Shown here piece by piece: positions 50,401 to 61,715 of a stretch of DNA of 64,000 nt. The position numbers and the translations under genes are program-made. Origin of the DNA: a virus; IMG/VR virus record IMGVR_UViG_3300045988_131075, positions 29,671 through 93,670 of that record; one strand, written 5' to 3'. The notes under the pieces are model-generated. The model saw only the letters and a list, made by a program, of their open reading frames with translations, was not told where the DNA came from and did no database searches. Each line of letters begins with the position of its first letter. The first letter of the stretch is position 1.

Positions 50401-51427
50401 ACAGATAATTGGATATTTATCAAACCATTCTGAAGGAATAAATCCTTTCTTATAATCCTTTACTTCAACTTTTGGAATAATTTGTTTTCTTTCTAATGAA
50501 TAAAAAGAAATTTTATTTTGGATCTCTTGAGTGTTATCAAGAATCCAATTTATCAATTCTTTTCCTGTTTTATTATCTTTATCCCAATCATTAGCATAAG
50601 GTTCCATTAATTCAAAAATTTCATCACTTGTCATTAAGTAAGTAAATTTATAAAAATCGTCAACTTCTCTTTCTCCTGGCTTAGAAGTAAGATATGCTTT
50701 ATGAATGGGTCTATCTTCTTTAGTTAAATAATGCGCATCTGTTCCAACTACTATTTTTAAATCAAATGCCTTGGCAATTTGATAAATTTTATGATTTACA
50801 ATTATTTGCTCAGCATCAGTAGATGGCGCACATTCAAGATAAAAATCATCTTTTCCAAATACTTTAATACAAAAATTAATATAATCAATTATTTGATTAT
50901 AATATTTAGTTTGAGTTTCAATATCTTTATTTAATTCAGCTTGGAACATTGGTAAAATACAGCTACCGAGTTCTCCACCAATACAAGCAGTTGTTGCTAT
51001 AACATGCCCTTTATATTGTTCCATTACCATTTCAAGTTCACTTTTTAAAGTAGGAACTCGTTCCATACGTCTGTCAACATAACTATGAATCCAAGCAATA
51101 GAACTTAATTCTCTTAATGCCTTATGTCCAATAGCATCTTTAGCGATAAGAATAAAGTGGTAATATTTTTGTCCGTTATCTCTTGTATCAGTGAGATAAA
51201 TTTCATTACCAAGAGCAATAGTAAAATCAGGATTTTCTTCTCTTATTTTCTTTGCATATTGATTTACTTCCATATGCGCAGAAAGACACTCATGGTCTGT
51301 AATAGTTATTCCTGATAAGCCTAATTCTATTGCTTTGTCAATAAGAGCTTGTGGTCTATTAATACAGTCAAAGTAAGCGGAGATTCGAATACATAGTATG
51401 ATTATGGATACCAAAATATGATCTCAT
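47437..51427 (-). CDS. dnaE: DNA polymerase III alpha subunit (DnaE type), about 1344 aa. The first 19 codons (51371-51427) lie in the -1 frame relative to the main ORF. They are joined to it by a candidate +1 frameshift at CUU UGA C (51367-51373).
   Basis: The main ORF of 1325 aa has no TAG. The PHP motif FGIHNHTMYSNLRLL is encoded upstream in the other frame, starting at an ATG that overlaps the HNH stop (ATGA). The joined product ...NLRLL-DCINRPQ matches the DnaE N-terminus ...SLLDG. Confidence 0.7.
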
Positions 51428-52089
51428 TCTAACTCCAACCCTCCTTCCAAATTCATTATTTTATCAATAAAATAATCTGAAGTAGTATTTGTTTTTATTT
51501 TAAAAGCATTCCATTCTTCCATTGTCATATCTCTTTTTGAAAAATTTTCATAAACTGTTAAAAATTGATAATTTTCTAATTTTTCTTCTCCACCTTTGGA
51601 GATTGGAATTATATGATCTAAGCTAGGTTTGGCCCAATCATAAAATGTTTTATTTTTATTCTTATTATTATTCCAAAATTGGTATACTTTATTAAATTGT
51701 TTATCTTGCCAAAAATATCTTATAATAGTTTTATATTCTTCAATATGATTATTATAATAAAGCAAATCTCTATGAGTAATTCTTAATGCTTTATGTAAAA
51801 ATAAATATTTTTCAAAATCTTCTTTAAATTCATTAAGAAAATCTTCTTCAACTTCTATATAAGTTGTTGCTTGGAAAGCTTTTTTCTTTCTATCACAACC
51901 ACAACTAGTTTGGGTATAATTCCCATTCCCTGTTAAATATGAAGTAGGCACTTTACAATAATTGCCACATTCACATTTACACAGCCAATAATTTCCATGG
52001 GTTTGTGTCGGACGTTCTTCTATTGAGCAAAGACGTATAACTTTTAATTTTCCAATTTGTTTATCAGTTAAGTCATATTTTGTAGCCAT
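51424..52089 (-). CDS. Free-standing HNH homing-type endonuclease, 221 aa.
   Basis: It has an N-terminal Cys-rich zinc finger and the C-terminal motif PSLDHIIPISKGG...N...N. Its own RBS is AAAGGAG. Confidence 0.6.
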   Translation of the reverse strand: MATKYDLTDKQIGKLKVIRLCSIEERPTQTHGNYWLCKCECGNYCKVPTSYLTGNGNYTQTSCGCDRKKKAFQATTYIEVEEDFLNEFKEDFEKYLFLHKALRITHRDLLYYNNHIEEYKTIIRYFWQDKQFNKVYQFWNNNKNKNKTFYDWAKPSLDHIIPISKGGEEKLENYQFLTVYENFSKRDMTMEEWNAFKIKTNTTSDYFIDKIMNLEGGLELE

Positions 52090-52190
52090 AAAAAATCTCC
52101 TTTAATTTTGTTATATTATTTGAAAATCTAACAATAGAAATTTTTTAAGGTTGCCCGATTTTCATTTATATTTATATAATATCATATTAT

Positions 52191-52454
52191 TTAATAATAA
52201 TCAAATCGAGAGATATAATTATCGCATATACTACGAATATCTTTTAAAAAATCAGCAAATTCTCTTGACCGAGATGATATCTTATGCATATTATCACGAA
52301 CCATAGAATTTAACGCATCTAATTCTACATTTAAGTCATGGGTAAAAAGTTCTAAATTAGAATTTAAATCCTAAGCTAAATCCGCGTCTTTAAGAAACAT
52401 ATTATTTTCAAGTATAGCATTAATACTTGAATTTAAATTAGATGTATTTAACAT
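52191..52454 (-). CDS. Hypothetical protein, 88 aa, with one TAG.
   Basis: The frame is continuous through TAG and ends at TAA. Confidence 0.4.
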
Positions 52455-52455
52455 A

Positions 52456-53655
52456 TTACTTCCTTATAATTACTAATTTATCACTGGCTCTAGTAGCCAT
52501 AGTATATAAATATTTTTTATGTTCTTCTCGATCAAAAGGATGATTTTCTTCAAATCCTAATACTTTTCCGTATTCACTACCTTGCGCTTTCCAACAGGTA
52601 ATAGCGTAAGCATAGGAGAAATCAAGTGGAGGATCGAGGCATTGTTTATTATTTCTTAATTGATAGCATTGGCTACCTGTAAGAGTCCCTTCACCGGTGA
52701 TAAGTTGTTTATAATCAATTGGAGTCCCACAAAATTTATCTCCATCGCTTAAAACAATTTGAGTAAACATATAAGTAATAGGAACTTCTGAAATATAATA
52801 AGGGACTCGAATGTCTTCAGTATAAAAATCTTCAATAGTTCCAACAGTGCCATTAGTTAAGACCCATACTCGATTCTCAGACATAAAATCCCAGTTATTA
52901 TGTAACCCAATAATTTTATCTCCAATTTGAGGGACATTAGGATCAAACCCTTTTCTTAATCGGACTACATTATTAATTTTAGTTCTCGTAGCATTTTTAG
53001 CACAAATAATCTAATCTGCCCAATCGTACATTTCAGGTATAACTTGACTTTTATCATATACTCTTACTTGTTTTCCTTCTGGACGATAAGAAATTAAAGA
53101 TTTGCCTTCTCTAATCCACATTGAAAAACGAATAATTTCACTATCTTGCGCTTGACGCATAATTTCATCGAGAAAAATATGTGGTTTATCTAATACACGA
53201 TTATTTTCATTAGGATCTACAGGAGGTAATTGACCTGGATCGCCGGCCGCAATAATATAAATACCATGGGTTAGCATTAAGTCCCATAATTTTTTAGGAA
53301 GCATTGATACTTCATCGACAACAATTACTTTATATTGGGCCAATTCACTATTGTCTTTTGGAAAAAATTTAAAAGTTCCATTAGCCATCATTTTAGCTTT
53401 ATATAAAAGTTTATGCGCGGTTGTCGCATTCGGGCAACCCTTTTGTTGAAGCACAGTCGCAGCTTTACCTGTAAATGCTACATAACAAACTTCTTCTTCT
53501 GGATCAACATCAAGAGCAGAAATAATAAATTTAATCAAAGTGCTCTTTCCGCTTCCCGCGTATCCCGCTATACAAGTCCAACGCTCATGGGCGTAATAGC
53601 GCTCAACCGCAATTTTCAATCCTTCTTCTTGTTTACGAGTTAATTCCATTTTCAC
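52456..53655 (-). CDS. Dda/RecD-like superfamily 1 DNA helicase, about 399 aa, with one TAG at 52993-52995.
   Basis: It has the Walker A motif GYAGSGKST and the C-terminal motifs ITCWKAQGSEYGKV and YTMATRA. The two track ORFs are joined by a single TAG. Confidence 0.6.
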
Positions 53656-53854
53656 ACTCTCCAGGGTTTAATCTATAATATTTATTTTCATCAGCTATAA
53701 AATAATCACAAGCCCATTTTAATGTTCCATAAACACCTGTCGTATGTCTATCTATATTATCTAATTTAGAAATTAATTCTTGAGCTTTATTATAATAAGA
53801 ACAATTTTCATAATTAGAACAATAATTACATTGTTCTTTCCAGTAAATCCACAT
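53633..53854 (-). CDS. Hypothetical Cys-rich protein, 73 aa.
   Basis: Track ORF. Confidence 0.35.
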   Translation of the reverse strand: MWIYWKEQCNYCSNYENCSYYNKAQELISKLDNIDRHTTGVYGTLKWACDYFIADENKYYRLNPGECENGINS

Positions 53855-54132
53855 TAATCATGTTCTCCAATTGCTTCATTAAGAATTTGGTAAAAACGTA
53901 TACAATCTCTTTCATAAAGGTCTCTAGCCGCGTTTTCAGCTTCTCTTTTAGAATATCCTTTACTATTAATATACATTTCAATATCTTCCTTCATAGCTTT
54001 ATAGCGGGCTAATTGATATCTATAACAAAGACTATCATATATATAACCTTTAGTATGTTTTTCTCTTTCTTCAAAAAATTCTAAATTATTATCGTATTTA
54101 TGAGCTTTATCAACCATTTCTTTTAAATCCAT
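53854..54132 (-). CDS. Hypothetical protein, 92 aa.
   Basis: Track ORF. Confidence 0.4.
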   Translation of the reverse strand: MDLKEMVDKAHKYDNNLEFFEEREKHTKGYIYDSLCYRYQLARYKAMKEDIEMYINSKGYSKREAENAARDLYERDCIRFYQILNEAIGEHD

Positions 54133-54135
54133 ATT

Positions 54136-54450
54136 TTATACCTCTTTAAAATCAACATCTTCGGGTTCATCTATATCAAATAATTCAAATAACATTGGGA
54201 TAGTTGCGACACAAGCATTAACTTCATCATTACAACAATTATTTAAAAAATTCGAGGTAACAATACCTGCTACAAAACAAGCAAAATCTTTATGATTCTA
54301 ATTAAATTTTTTTACAAGAGATTCTAACTCTTCTTCGTTTAAAGAAAGTAAATAATCCTTTGAAAATTGTTTCTAATATTTAGTTAAATAACTATTCCAT
54401 TCTACATAAGACCTTAAAATCTTTTTATAACATAAAGATGGACTACCCAT
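54136..54450 (-). CDS. Hypothetical protein, about 104 aa, with 2 TAG codons.
   Basis: The frame is continuous through TAG codons. Confidence 0.35.
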
Positions 54451-54513
54451 AATATTTTTCTTCTTTCTTCATTTATATTTATATAATACCATATTTTAAT
54501 TATTTAGTCAAAT

Positions 54514-54960
54514 TTAGAATATAATAAAGTCATTATCTGTATTGTCAGCTTTAATTATCATAGGTGGTCCAAAAGAAATAGTTTTTGTGCGTGGCTGGTT
54601 AGATTCAGAAAAAATTTCAGATTTAAGTTTTTCCCCAAAAATTTCTAAATCACTTTTTTCATTTGACTTGTCGGTTTCTTCGTCTGTTCCCGGCCCGAGC
54701 AACCACCCTTTTTCTTTATAGCCAATGGTAGAAGCTTTAATCCATAAGTCTGCGATTTCATCTAATACCTTGAACAAATCGTCTTTAGAAGAAATTCCCA
54801 GTTCATTTAATTGTTTATTTATTCTATTATTCACTTCATTATATGTATACCCATATGACCCTAAAGATTCTAAAATCTCGTGCAGAGCTTCACCACTTTT
54901 TTGTGGAGTTGCCTAATATACCATATTAATGTCATCAGCATAATAATTAAGTTTTTCCAT
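54514..54960 (-). CDS. Hypothetical protein, about 148 aa, with one TAG.
   Basis: Track ORF 54514..54834 extends upstream through a TAG to an ATG. Confidence 0.4.
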
Positions 54961-55023
54961 AATCTACTCCATAAATGAAAATAATGGCTATATGAAGAAA
55001 TAAATCTTCATATAGCCGTAAAA

Positions 55024-55863
55024 TTAATTAGTAAAATAATTATAAGCAGTGGTCGCATTCTTTTGTCTTTGATTTAAAGAACTTGATCCACAACGCTCAT
55101 AACATTTTGCAAAAGCTTTAGCAACTTCTTTTTCATCATTTAAATTTAAAAAAGAATTAAAATTAAATCCTCTTTTATATGAAGAACCAAAAGTATTAAA
55201 TTCATATCCAATAGTATTTATTAAGAATTCGCATTGTGTATCTAAATCAGAATACCAAACACTTGAATATCCTTTACTCCATTGACAAATTCCATAATAA
55301 TATTTATTAGAAGCAGTTGGCTGTAAAGATAAAGTATTACCGCCACATTCTGCCATCATATTACCCAAAATACCGGCGCAAACCGCGTCATTCCATCCTT
55401 GGTCTTTCATATAAAGCCAAATTTCTGTTGCTACTGGATAAGTAGATGATTTATCATTCCATTGAGAATTAATTTTATCTAAACGATTCTGATAAATTTC
55501 CAAATATCCATTAGCAGTTTCATATTCTTTTTTAGCAAATTCAATAATAGGATGATTTTCATCATACCCTAATGCTCTCGTTGCTTCGGCTAAGTCATGA
55601 GCACTATTTACAATCTCTTGATACTCTTGGATTAGAGATTTGAGCTCTTTACGGTTAACTGTATCATTAATTTCTCTATCCATAGGTTCCATATCAATAG
55701 TTTCTTCTGGTAAAAAATTATATACAGTTGATGATTCAGAAGGGATGTAAGCTTCCGAAAAAGTAGTGATTTCGCTATAATTTAAAGCAAGAGCTGATGT
55801 TTGTAAAATAAAAATTAATACAAAACAAATAATACTTCCTGCTAAAATCTTATATCTTTTCAT
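55024..55863 (-). CDS. Secreted peptidoglycan hydrolase of the phage tail-type lysozyme family, 279 aa. It is an endolysin candidate.
   Basis: It has an N-terminal signal peptide (MKRYKILAGSIICFVLIFILQTSALA) and the motif AGILGNMMAECGG...GICQW. Confidence 0.45.
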   Translation of the reverse strand: MKRYKILAGSIICFVLIFILQTSALALNYSEITTFSEAYIPSESSTVYNFLPEETIDMEPMDREINDTVNRKELKSLIQEYQEIVNSAHDLAEATRALGYDENHPIIEFAKKEYETANGYLEIYQNRLDKINSQWNDKSSTYPVATEIWLYMKDQGWNDAVCAGILGNMMAECGGNTLSLQPTASNKYYYGICQWSKGYSSVWYSDLDTQCEFLINTIGYEFNTFGSSYKRGFNFNSFLNLNDEKEVAKAFAKCYERCGSSSLNQRQKNATTAYNYFTN

Positions 55864-56036
55864 AAATGATTTCCTCCTAATAGGTTTTTTAAGTCTATTA
55901 GTCGTAGTGTCAATTATTAAAAATAATAAGCAGCCCTATCTACAATTTCGTAATCTTCTATAATAATCTAAGGACTAATGTTATTATTCCATATATTTCG
56001 TTCGCATTTACCAACGATATTAATTGTCACATAACC

Positions 56037-57665
56037 CTATTCAGAATACAATTTCTCGTATTCCTCCTCGGACGACTTAAACTTGATTAAACTGATGCCA
56101 TCTGGCATAGTTATCTTCAAGGTAGGATTTTTATCTTTTGACATTAAAGTTAAGTTATTTGATGCAACTTTTATTCCTTCAACGGCAATAGATGCTTCTT
56201 CTACCCCTTGGCCCCAAAGTGGTTTAAGTTGAGCGATATCAATAATATCTTTTCCAACTAAATCATTAGTGTGATAAATAAAATCAACACTATAAATTGG
56301 GGTGAAATCAAAATCTTGTAAAGCAGAATTCGCATATTCAATAAATTTATTAAAATTATTATCAATAATACCAAATCCAAAAGCATTAGGATGCCCTTCC
56401 GCATACATAATTAGATTTGATTTTTGACAAAATTCTCTAAAGTCTTTAAGCGCGGATTTGTCGTATCCTCTGCCGGAGCCTTCCCAACAAATTTGTTGAG
56501 TTTCTTCATCTATTGTTTTATTAAGAATTAAAACAGGACGTTGATATTTGCTCATTAATTGATTGGCCATTAATCCAGTCAAATTTTTGTCAGCAGCAAA
56601 TCCATCTAACTTAATTCCTAAGATTTTATTACTTAAAAGATTTTGATTTGCGATTATCTATTCAATTTTTTCCAAGCTAGTGTCTCTGATTTTAGTTTGC
56701 CTATTCTTGATATTAGTACAATTACGACAAGCTTGTTCTACTCTTGTTTCTGCTTGACCTTTACATCCACGTTTTGTTGAAGGGACAAGTTCGTATCCCT
56801 TAAAATCAAGCATCGACTCGAATAGCATGAGCTTTTCTTCTTGCGTCCCAACACGAGTAGTTGCATTAACTAAAGGAGCAATATAGAAAGCTACTCCAAT
56901 AGGCGTAATCTCATTATTAAAATGAAACTAATCTCTATTGATTATGCCTCTGAAGTAAGGATTGGTGATTTGTTGTAAGCCTTTATTAATTAAATGTTTT
57001 GTTTCAAAATCACGCATATCCATCATGTCGGCCACCATTCCAAGAGCAACTAAATCCAATATATGATCCGCATACTGAACATTCATAAGTTCATCAATAT
57101 AACAACAAAACTTATAAACCATTCCTACGCCAGATAAAGATTTGGTTGGATAATCACATAATTGGTTGTTAATAATACAAGCATACTATGATATTTTATC
57201 AGCTTCATGGTGGTCTATTACCAACACGTCAATACCATTTTTATATAAATATTCGTGTTCTAAATAATCATTTGATGAAGAATCTGGAGCAATTACTAAT
57301 TTAATATCTTTATCAATACTATCTGGTATAATTCCGTGTTGTTTTCCTGCATGGACACGATAAAAAATATTGTTTTGCACAAACGCAGGAAAAAGACAGT
57401 ATAAGTAATTCATGAGTGCGGCCGCCGAAGTATAGCCATCACAATCACTATCTACCTATATAAGAACTTTGTCATTTTGTGCAATATGTTTGACGAGCAT
57501 TTTTGCACCATTTTCTATTCTATCAATAGTTGCTGGTTCTATAATGTCGTCATCAGTGGTATTAAGATAATGAGGAATATCTTGTAATTTAATTCCTCTA
57601 TTGGTTAGCACCTGTTCGACCGCTGAATACTGCGGGATGCGAGGAGCTTTTAGTTGATAGTCCAT
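56037..57665 (-). CDS. recJ: RecJ-like DHH-family ssDNA exonuclease, about 542 aa, with 4 TAG codons.
   Basis: It has DHH motifs (DSDCDGYTSAA, LVIDHHEADK) and a DHHA1 motif (GHPNAFGFG). Four track ORFs are joined in one frame by TAG codons. Confidence 0.6.
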
Positions 57666-57734
57666 AGGCTATTCAACCTCCTTTCATAATACCACCACTA
57701 TTATTTAAGAATTTCTATAATTTACTTATTCATA

Positions 57735-58052
57735 TCAGTCCTCTCCTACTGGATCACCATAATAATGATAAGCAGTATAAGGAAGGGCTCTTGTGCATGG
57801 AAAAATAATAGTTTCAATAACTGAAAGAGGGGTTTGACGAGAAATATAAGAAATATTACACTTATATCCTCTGGCATTTCCAGTAGAAATAACTACTTTC
57901 CAATAATCTTCATTTTCAAAAACTATAGAATAATGATTGATAGATTTAATTTTTTCTATTGGTTTTATACCCATTGCTTTATATTGTTCTTCAATTCTTT
58001 CCAATTGTTCAATTCCTTCAATGAAAGTATTACACCAAACAATGCCTGTCAT
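57735..58052 (-). CDS. Hypothetical protein, 105 aa.
   Basis: Track ORF. Confidence 0.35.
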   Translation of the reverse strand: MTGIVWCNTFIEGIEQLERIEEQYKAMGIKPIEKIKSINHYSIVFENEDYWKVVISTGNARGYKCNISYISRQTPLSVIETIIFPCTRALPYTAYHYYGDPVGED

Positions 58053-58339
58053 AAACCGCTCTCTCCCATCTTATGCCCTAATGGACAAATATGAAAAAGA
58101 ACAGGAATTTCCATTTCCGTATATCCTTTTTCTAAATCTCCATTATACCTAATTACTTTTCGAGTTTCAATTCCACTTGAGATACAATTACTGGTTTTAT
58201 CATAATATTTATTACATTTATCGCAATAAATACAACTTCGGAGCAAACTATCTCTTTGTTTTTTTAATCCTTCAATTTGCGCGCTCAGTGAAATAATTGT
58301 ATCATTTACAGAGATAGGAATATCATAATCATCATTCAT
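58049..58339 (-). CDS. Hypothetical Zn-ribbon protein, 96 aa.
   Basis: It has CxxC...CxxxH motifs. Confidence 0.35.
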   Translation of the reverse strand: MNDDYDIPISVNDTIISLSAQIEGLKKQRDSLLRSCIYCDKCNKYYDKTSNCISSGIETRKVIRYNGDLEKGYTEMEIPVLFHICPLGHKMGESGL

Positions 58340-59439
58340 ATAAATATCCTTTCCTTATATAATTGTAAAAATTTTTCTTTACCATCATCAATTGGTGAAT
58401 CTTTGTATTTTGTAATCATATTTTTATCAAAAATAAAAGATATAAGCACATCATTTTTAAATTTAGTTCTAATCTTTAAAAGATTTAACTTTAAGTGTTG
58501 AAATTCTGCGTCTCCAATTTCTTGGAATTGTCTATCAAAAGCAATTATAATTTCTTGCGCGCCACTATCTAATAATAATTGAATTTGATGCGAAGAAACA
58601 TTACTTCCGCAACAAGCTACTGATATATTGTTATTCCAACCGAAATCAGTAGCATATTTCAATACTGATTTTTCACTTTCAAAAATGATTGCTTTTTTCA
58701 TTATGCCAATGGCATTTTTAGACCAATTTAATCCATATAAGTTCATTCCAAGAGGATGATTATATAATTGATTATTTATTTTCATTGGTCTATATTTCCC
58801 ATATAGCTCCGCCTCGTCTTTGCACATAGTGCGTCCACGCAAGCCTACAAATCTTCCACTAATATCATAATGAGGAATTGTAATTTGATCGGCTCCTGGA
58901 TAAAAACCAATACGCGCTTTATTAATTACTTCTTGAGAAATTCCCTCATCAAGCCAAGGAACTATTTTAATATTATAATTTAATCTATTTAAAATAGAAT
59001 CATCATAATCTTTTAAAATAATTTTGTTATTTTTTAATTCAATCTCTTGGATACGAGAATAATTTGATAAAATTTTCCAATCATCTAAAGTTTTACCCAT
59101 ATCGTCATCTTTTATCATACCTGATAAACCAAAGCGACGAGCAACCCATAAAACTGAATCATTTAAATCAAATTCTTCATCATATTGAATTTTCATTACT
59201 TTAGAACATAATTCAAAAATATCAAAAGTTGAATCACATCCTGTGTAGCATTTAAACAATCCTGTATTTTCATAAAAATAAAGTTTTCTACTACCTTCTC
59301 CAGGAGGATTATGACAAATGGTGGAAGAGAGAATCCCGAATTCTGTATATTCAGGATCTCCGCCCCATTCAATTAATAAATCATAAATATTTTCAAGCCC
59401 AAGAGCTTGACGAATTTCTGATTTATCAAATACTATCAT
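58336..59439 (-). CDS. dnaG: DNA primase of the DnaG type.
   Basis: It has the zinc-binding segment ICHNPPGEGSRKLYFYENTGLFKCYTGC and a TOPRIM region. No TAG. Confidence 0.6.
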   Translation of the reverse strand: MIVFDKSEIRQALGLENIYDLLIEWGGDPEYTEFGILSSTICHNPPGEGSRKLYFYENTGLFKCYTGCDSTFDIFELCSKVMKIQYDEEFDLNDSVLWVARRFGLSGMIKDDDMGKTLDDWKILSNYSRIQEIELKNNKIILKDYDDSILNRLNYNIKIVPWLDEGISQEVINKARIGFYPGADQITIPHYDISGRFVGLRGRTMCKDEAELYGKYRPMKINNQLYNHPLGMNLYGLNWSKNAIGIMKKAIIFESEKSVLKYATDFGWNNNISVACCGSNVSSHQIQLLLDSGAQEIIIAFDRQFQEIGDAEFQHLKLNLLKIRTKFKNDVLISFIFDKNMITKYKDSPIDDGKEKFLQLYKERIFI

Positions 59440-59608
59440 AAGTAATTACTTTAGAACAATTTCTCATAAGCCCACACTGTTCATTAACATAATGAACAAG
59501 CATTTCCTGCGGACGAAGCTTAGCAAGACTGGGAACAGCTTTATAAGAACGAATAATCTCCTTAGCCATTCTATTACTCATCTTGTATTCAACATTACCA
59601 CTCTTCAT
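59426..59608 (-). CDS. Small basic protein, 60 aa.
   Basis: RBS AAGGAG precedes the ATG. Confidence 0.35.
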   Translation of the reverse strand: MKSGNVEYKMSNRMAKEIIRSYKAVPSLAKLRPQEMLVHYVNEQCGLMRNCSKVITYDSI

Positions 59609-59625
59609 AATTTTTCTCCTTAATT

Positions 59626-61158
59626 TTAAAAAGCTGACTCTTCTTCAAGAGTAATTTTTATATCATCAATAGGAACAAGTTCATAAGCATATGTAGTACA
59701 AAACATAGGAATAATTCTACAAGTTCCTAAATCTGCTTTACACCATAAAATAACTCCTTTATACCTACCACGTCTATTTTTATAAACAGACATTTTAATA
59801 GTTGGAGTATCAAATAATTTTGTGTTTAGTATTTTTTCTAATGAAATTAAGTCATCATCTTGAACATTTAAAAGAATTGATCCATAATCTACTTTATCTG
59901 CGATAGATTTTGCTCCACGCAAAAGATTCTGGTCAGGAGTTTTAGAATCAACATAATCACCATTTAACTGTGTTGCTGACATAATAAAAACACCATATTG
60001 ATTACAGATATCTTTTAATTTGTTAGATAGCATAAAAAGTATGTTATCTTCACGAAGTTTTACTCCACCACTACGACGAGTAATTTCTTCAAGAATTTTC
60101 ATGCTTGTATGAATATAGTCGTGAAATATATATTTTACATCGTGGTCTCGGATGCCTTTTTTGATTTCATTTTCAACATCCTGCAATGAAAAATCAGGTA
60201 ATTCACGAATATACAATGGACTATCTTTAAGAATTTTCGCAGCTTCTATTACTCGTTCTTTTTCATTTCCTTGATATTCATTATAAATAATATGTTCTTC
60301 ATTCACATTAGAAAGAAAAGCAAGCATCATTGTTTGAATTTCATTTTTATCTTGCTCTGTAGTTATATACAATACTGGTTCTTGGATTCCATTTTTAATC
60401 CAACTTCCAAAAGTATCATCATATATTTTATTACAAGCAATATAGCACGAATCCGCAATCATAGAACGAGTTTTACCTACTCCTGTGGCCGCGGAACGCA
60501 AATAAAACTTTTTAAGTCTTGCACCACGAGTAACTGTATTAATTAATGGCCCATATAGAGGACTTCCTGCTATTGGATGTTGCTCTAAGTCATCAAGCAA
60601 TTCAAAAATTCCATCACCTGCTTGAACCGCAACTCCTTCAACGTCATTTACATACTCATATTTAATTTGTTCTATGCGGTCATCAATTAATTGTGCGATA
60701 TGCTCTAATGAAGAATTATCAAGATTATCTTCTTGTAATTGTTTTTTTTCAGTATCTAAAATATTATCAGGATCATAAATAAAAGAAACATCAATGCCAT
60801 ATCTGTCATAAGCACGAAGTAGAGACATTTTTTTTAAACGACCATAATAATAATCAAATGACAAAGGTTTCGCATTTTCAGAAACTTTTAATAACCATTC
60901 TTCGCCTTTATTAACTTTAAATGTGGCTTCATATTTAGGTCGAGAAGAAAGAAAATCACTAATATTTTCTAAAGTAATTTTCTAAGCTCCTAATTCATGA
61001 ATTTTATATATTGCTCCAAAAACAATTCTATGAAATTCATCAGCAAAGTCTTCATCAGTTATTGTATATCTATCAGTAAAATCCAAAAGCTAAGGAGTAT
61101 TATATACGCACCCTATAACTTGTGTAATCGCTGTTGGGTCTACATATTTACTCGGCAT
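59626..61158 (-). CDS. dnaB: DnaB-like replicative helicase, about 510 aa, with 2 TAG codons.
   Basis: RBS GGAGG. It has a DnaB N-terminal domain and a RecA-like C-terminal domain with AATGVGKT. Confidence 0.6.
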
Positions 61159-61168
61159 TTAAGTCCTC

Positions 61169-61715
61169 CTATTCATCTAAAAATGTAAAAACTGATCTTT
61201 TTCGAGGTTCTTTTTTAGGAATAGGAATTTTTATTTCCTTTAATTTAGGAACGTAATCAATAACATTTTTATCTTTATTGGATTGTTGAATCATCCAAAG
61301 ATTATAATAATAATTGTAAGCGTCTTTATAAATAAAAGGTATAATACCAATTCCACCATTAGCTTTATTTTTATTATTTCCTTTAACCTCATAAAAATAA
61401 ACTAAGGCTTTTAACATTCCAGAATATGTATATTGATATTCTCTGATATAATCATTCATTTGCTTGCGGACGCGAGCATTAATATATGACTCTCCCAATA
61501 AATTTTTTACATATTCTTCAAATTTTTCTTTATCTAAATCTTCTTTTGTTTTTACTTTTTCGGGCGGATTATGAACTTGTAAAGGAGTGTCTTCATTTTC
61601 AGCCTATTTAGCACATTCAGGGTGCGCATATCTTCGAGATTTTATTTGAACATAAGGAAACTTATCTCTATCAAAAGTCTGCTGACAATAAATACATTTA
61701 ACTTTATGTATATAA
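61169..61715 (-). CDS. Zn-ribbon protein of about 180 aa. The start is uncertain because there is no canonical start codon in the open frame.
   Basis: The reading frame opens after a TAA with no ATG, GTG or TTG. An ATG in the -1 frame follows the promoter. N-terminus: CIYCQQ...HPEC. Confidence 0.35.

Noticed and set aside
51404-51414. DnaE starting at the in-frame TTG 51414, as the ORF track has it.
   Set aside because: There is no RBS, the product would lack PHP motif I, and the motif is perfectly encoded from an upstream ATG in the adjacent frame. The frameshift or indel model explains the data better.
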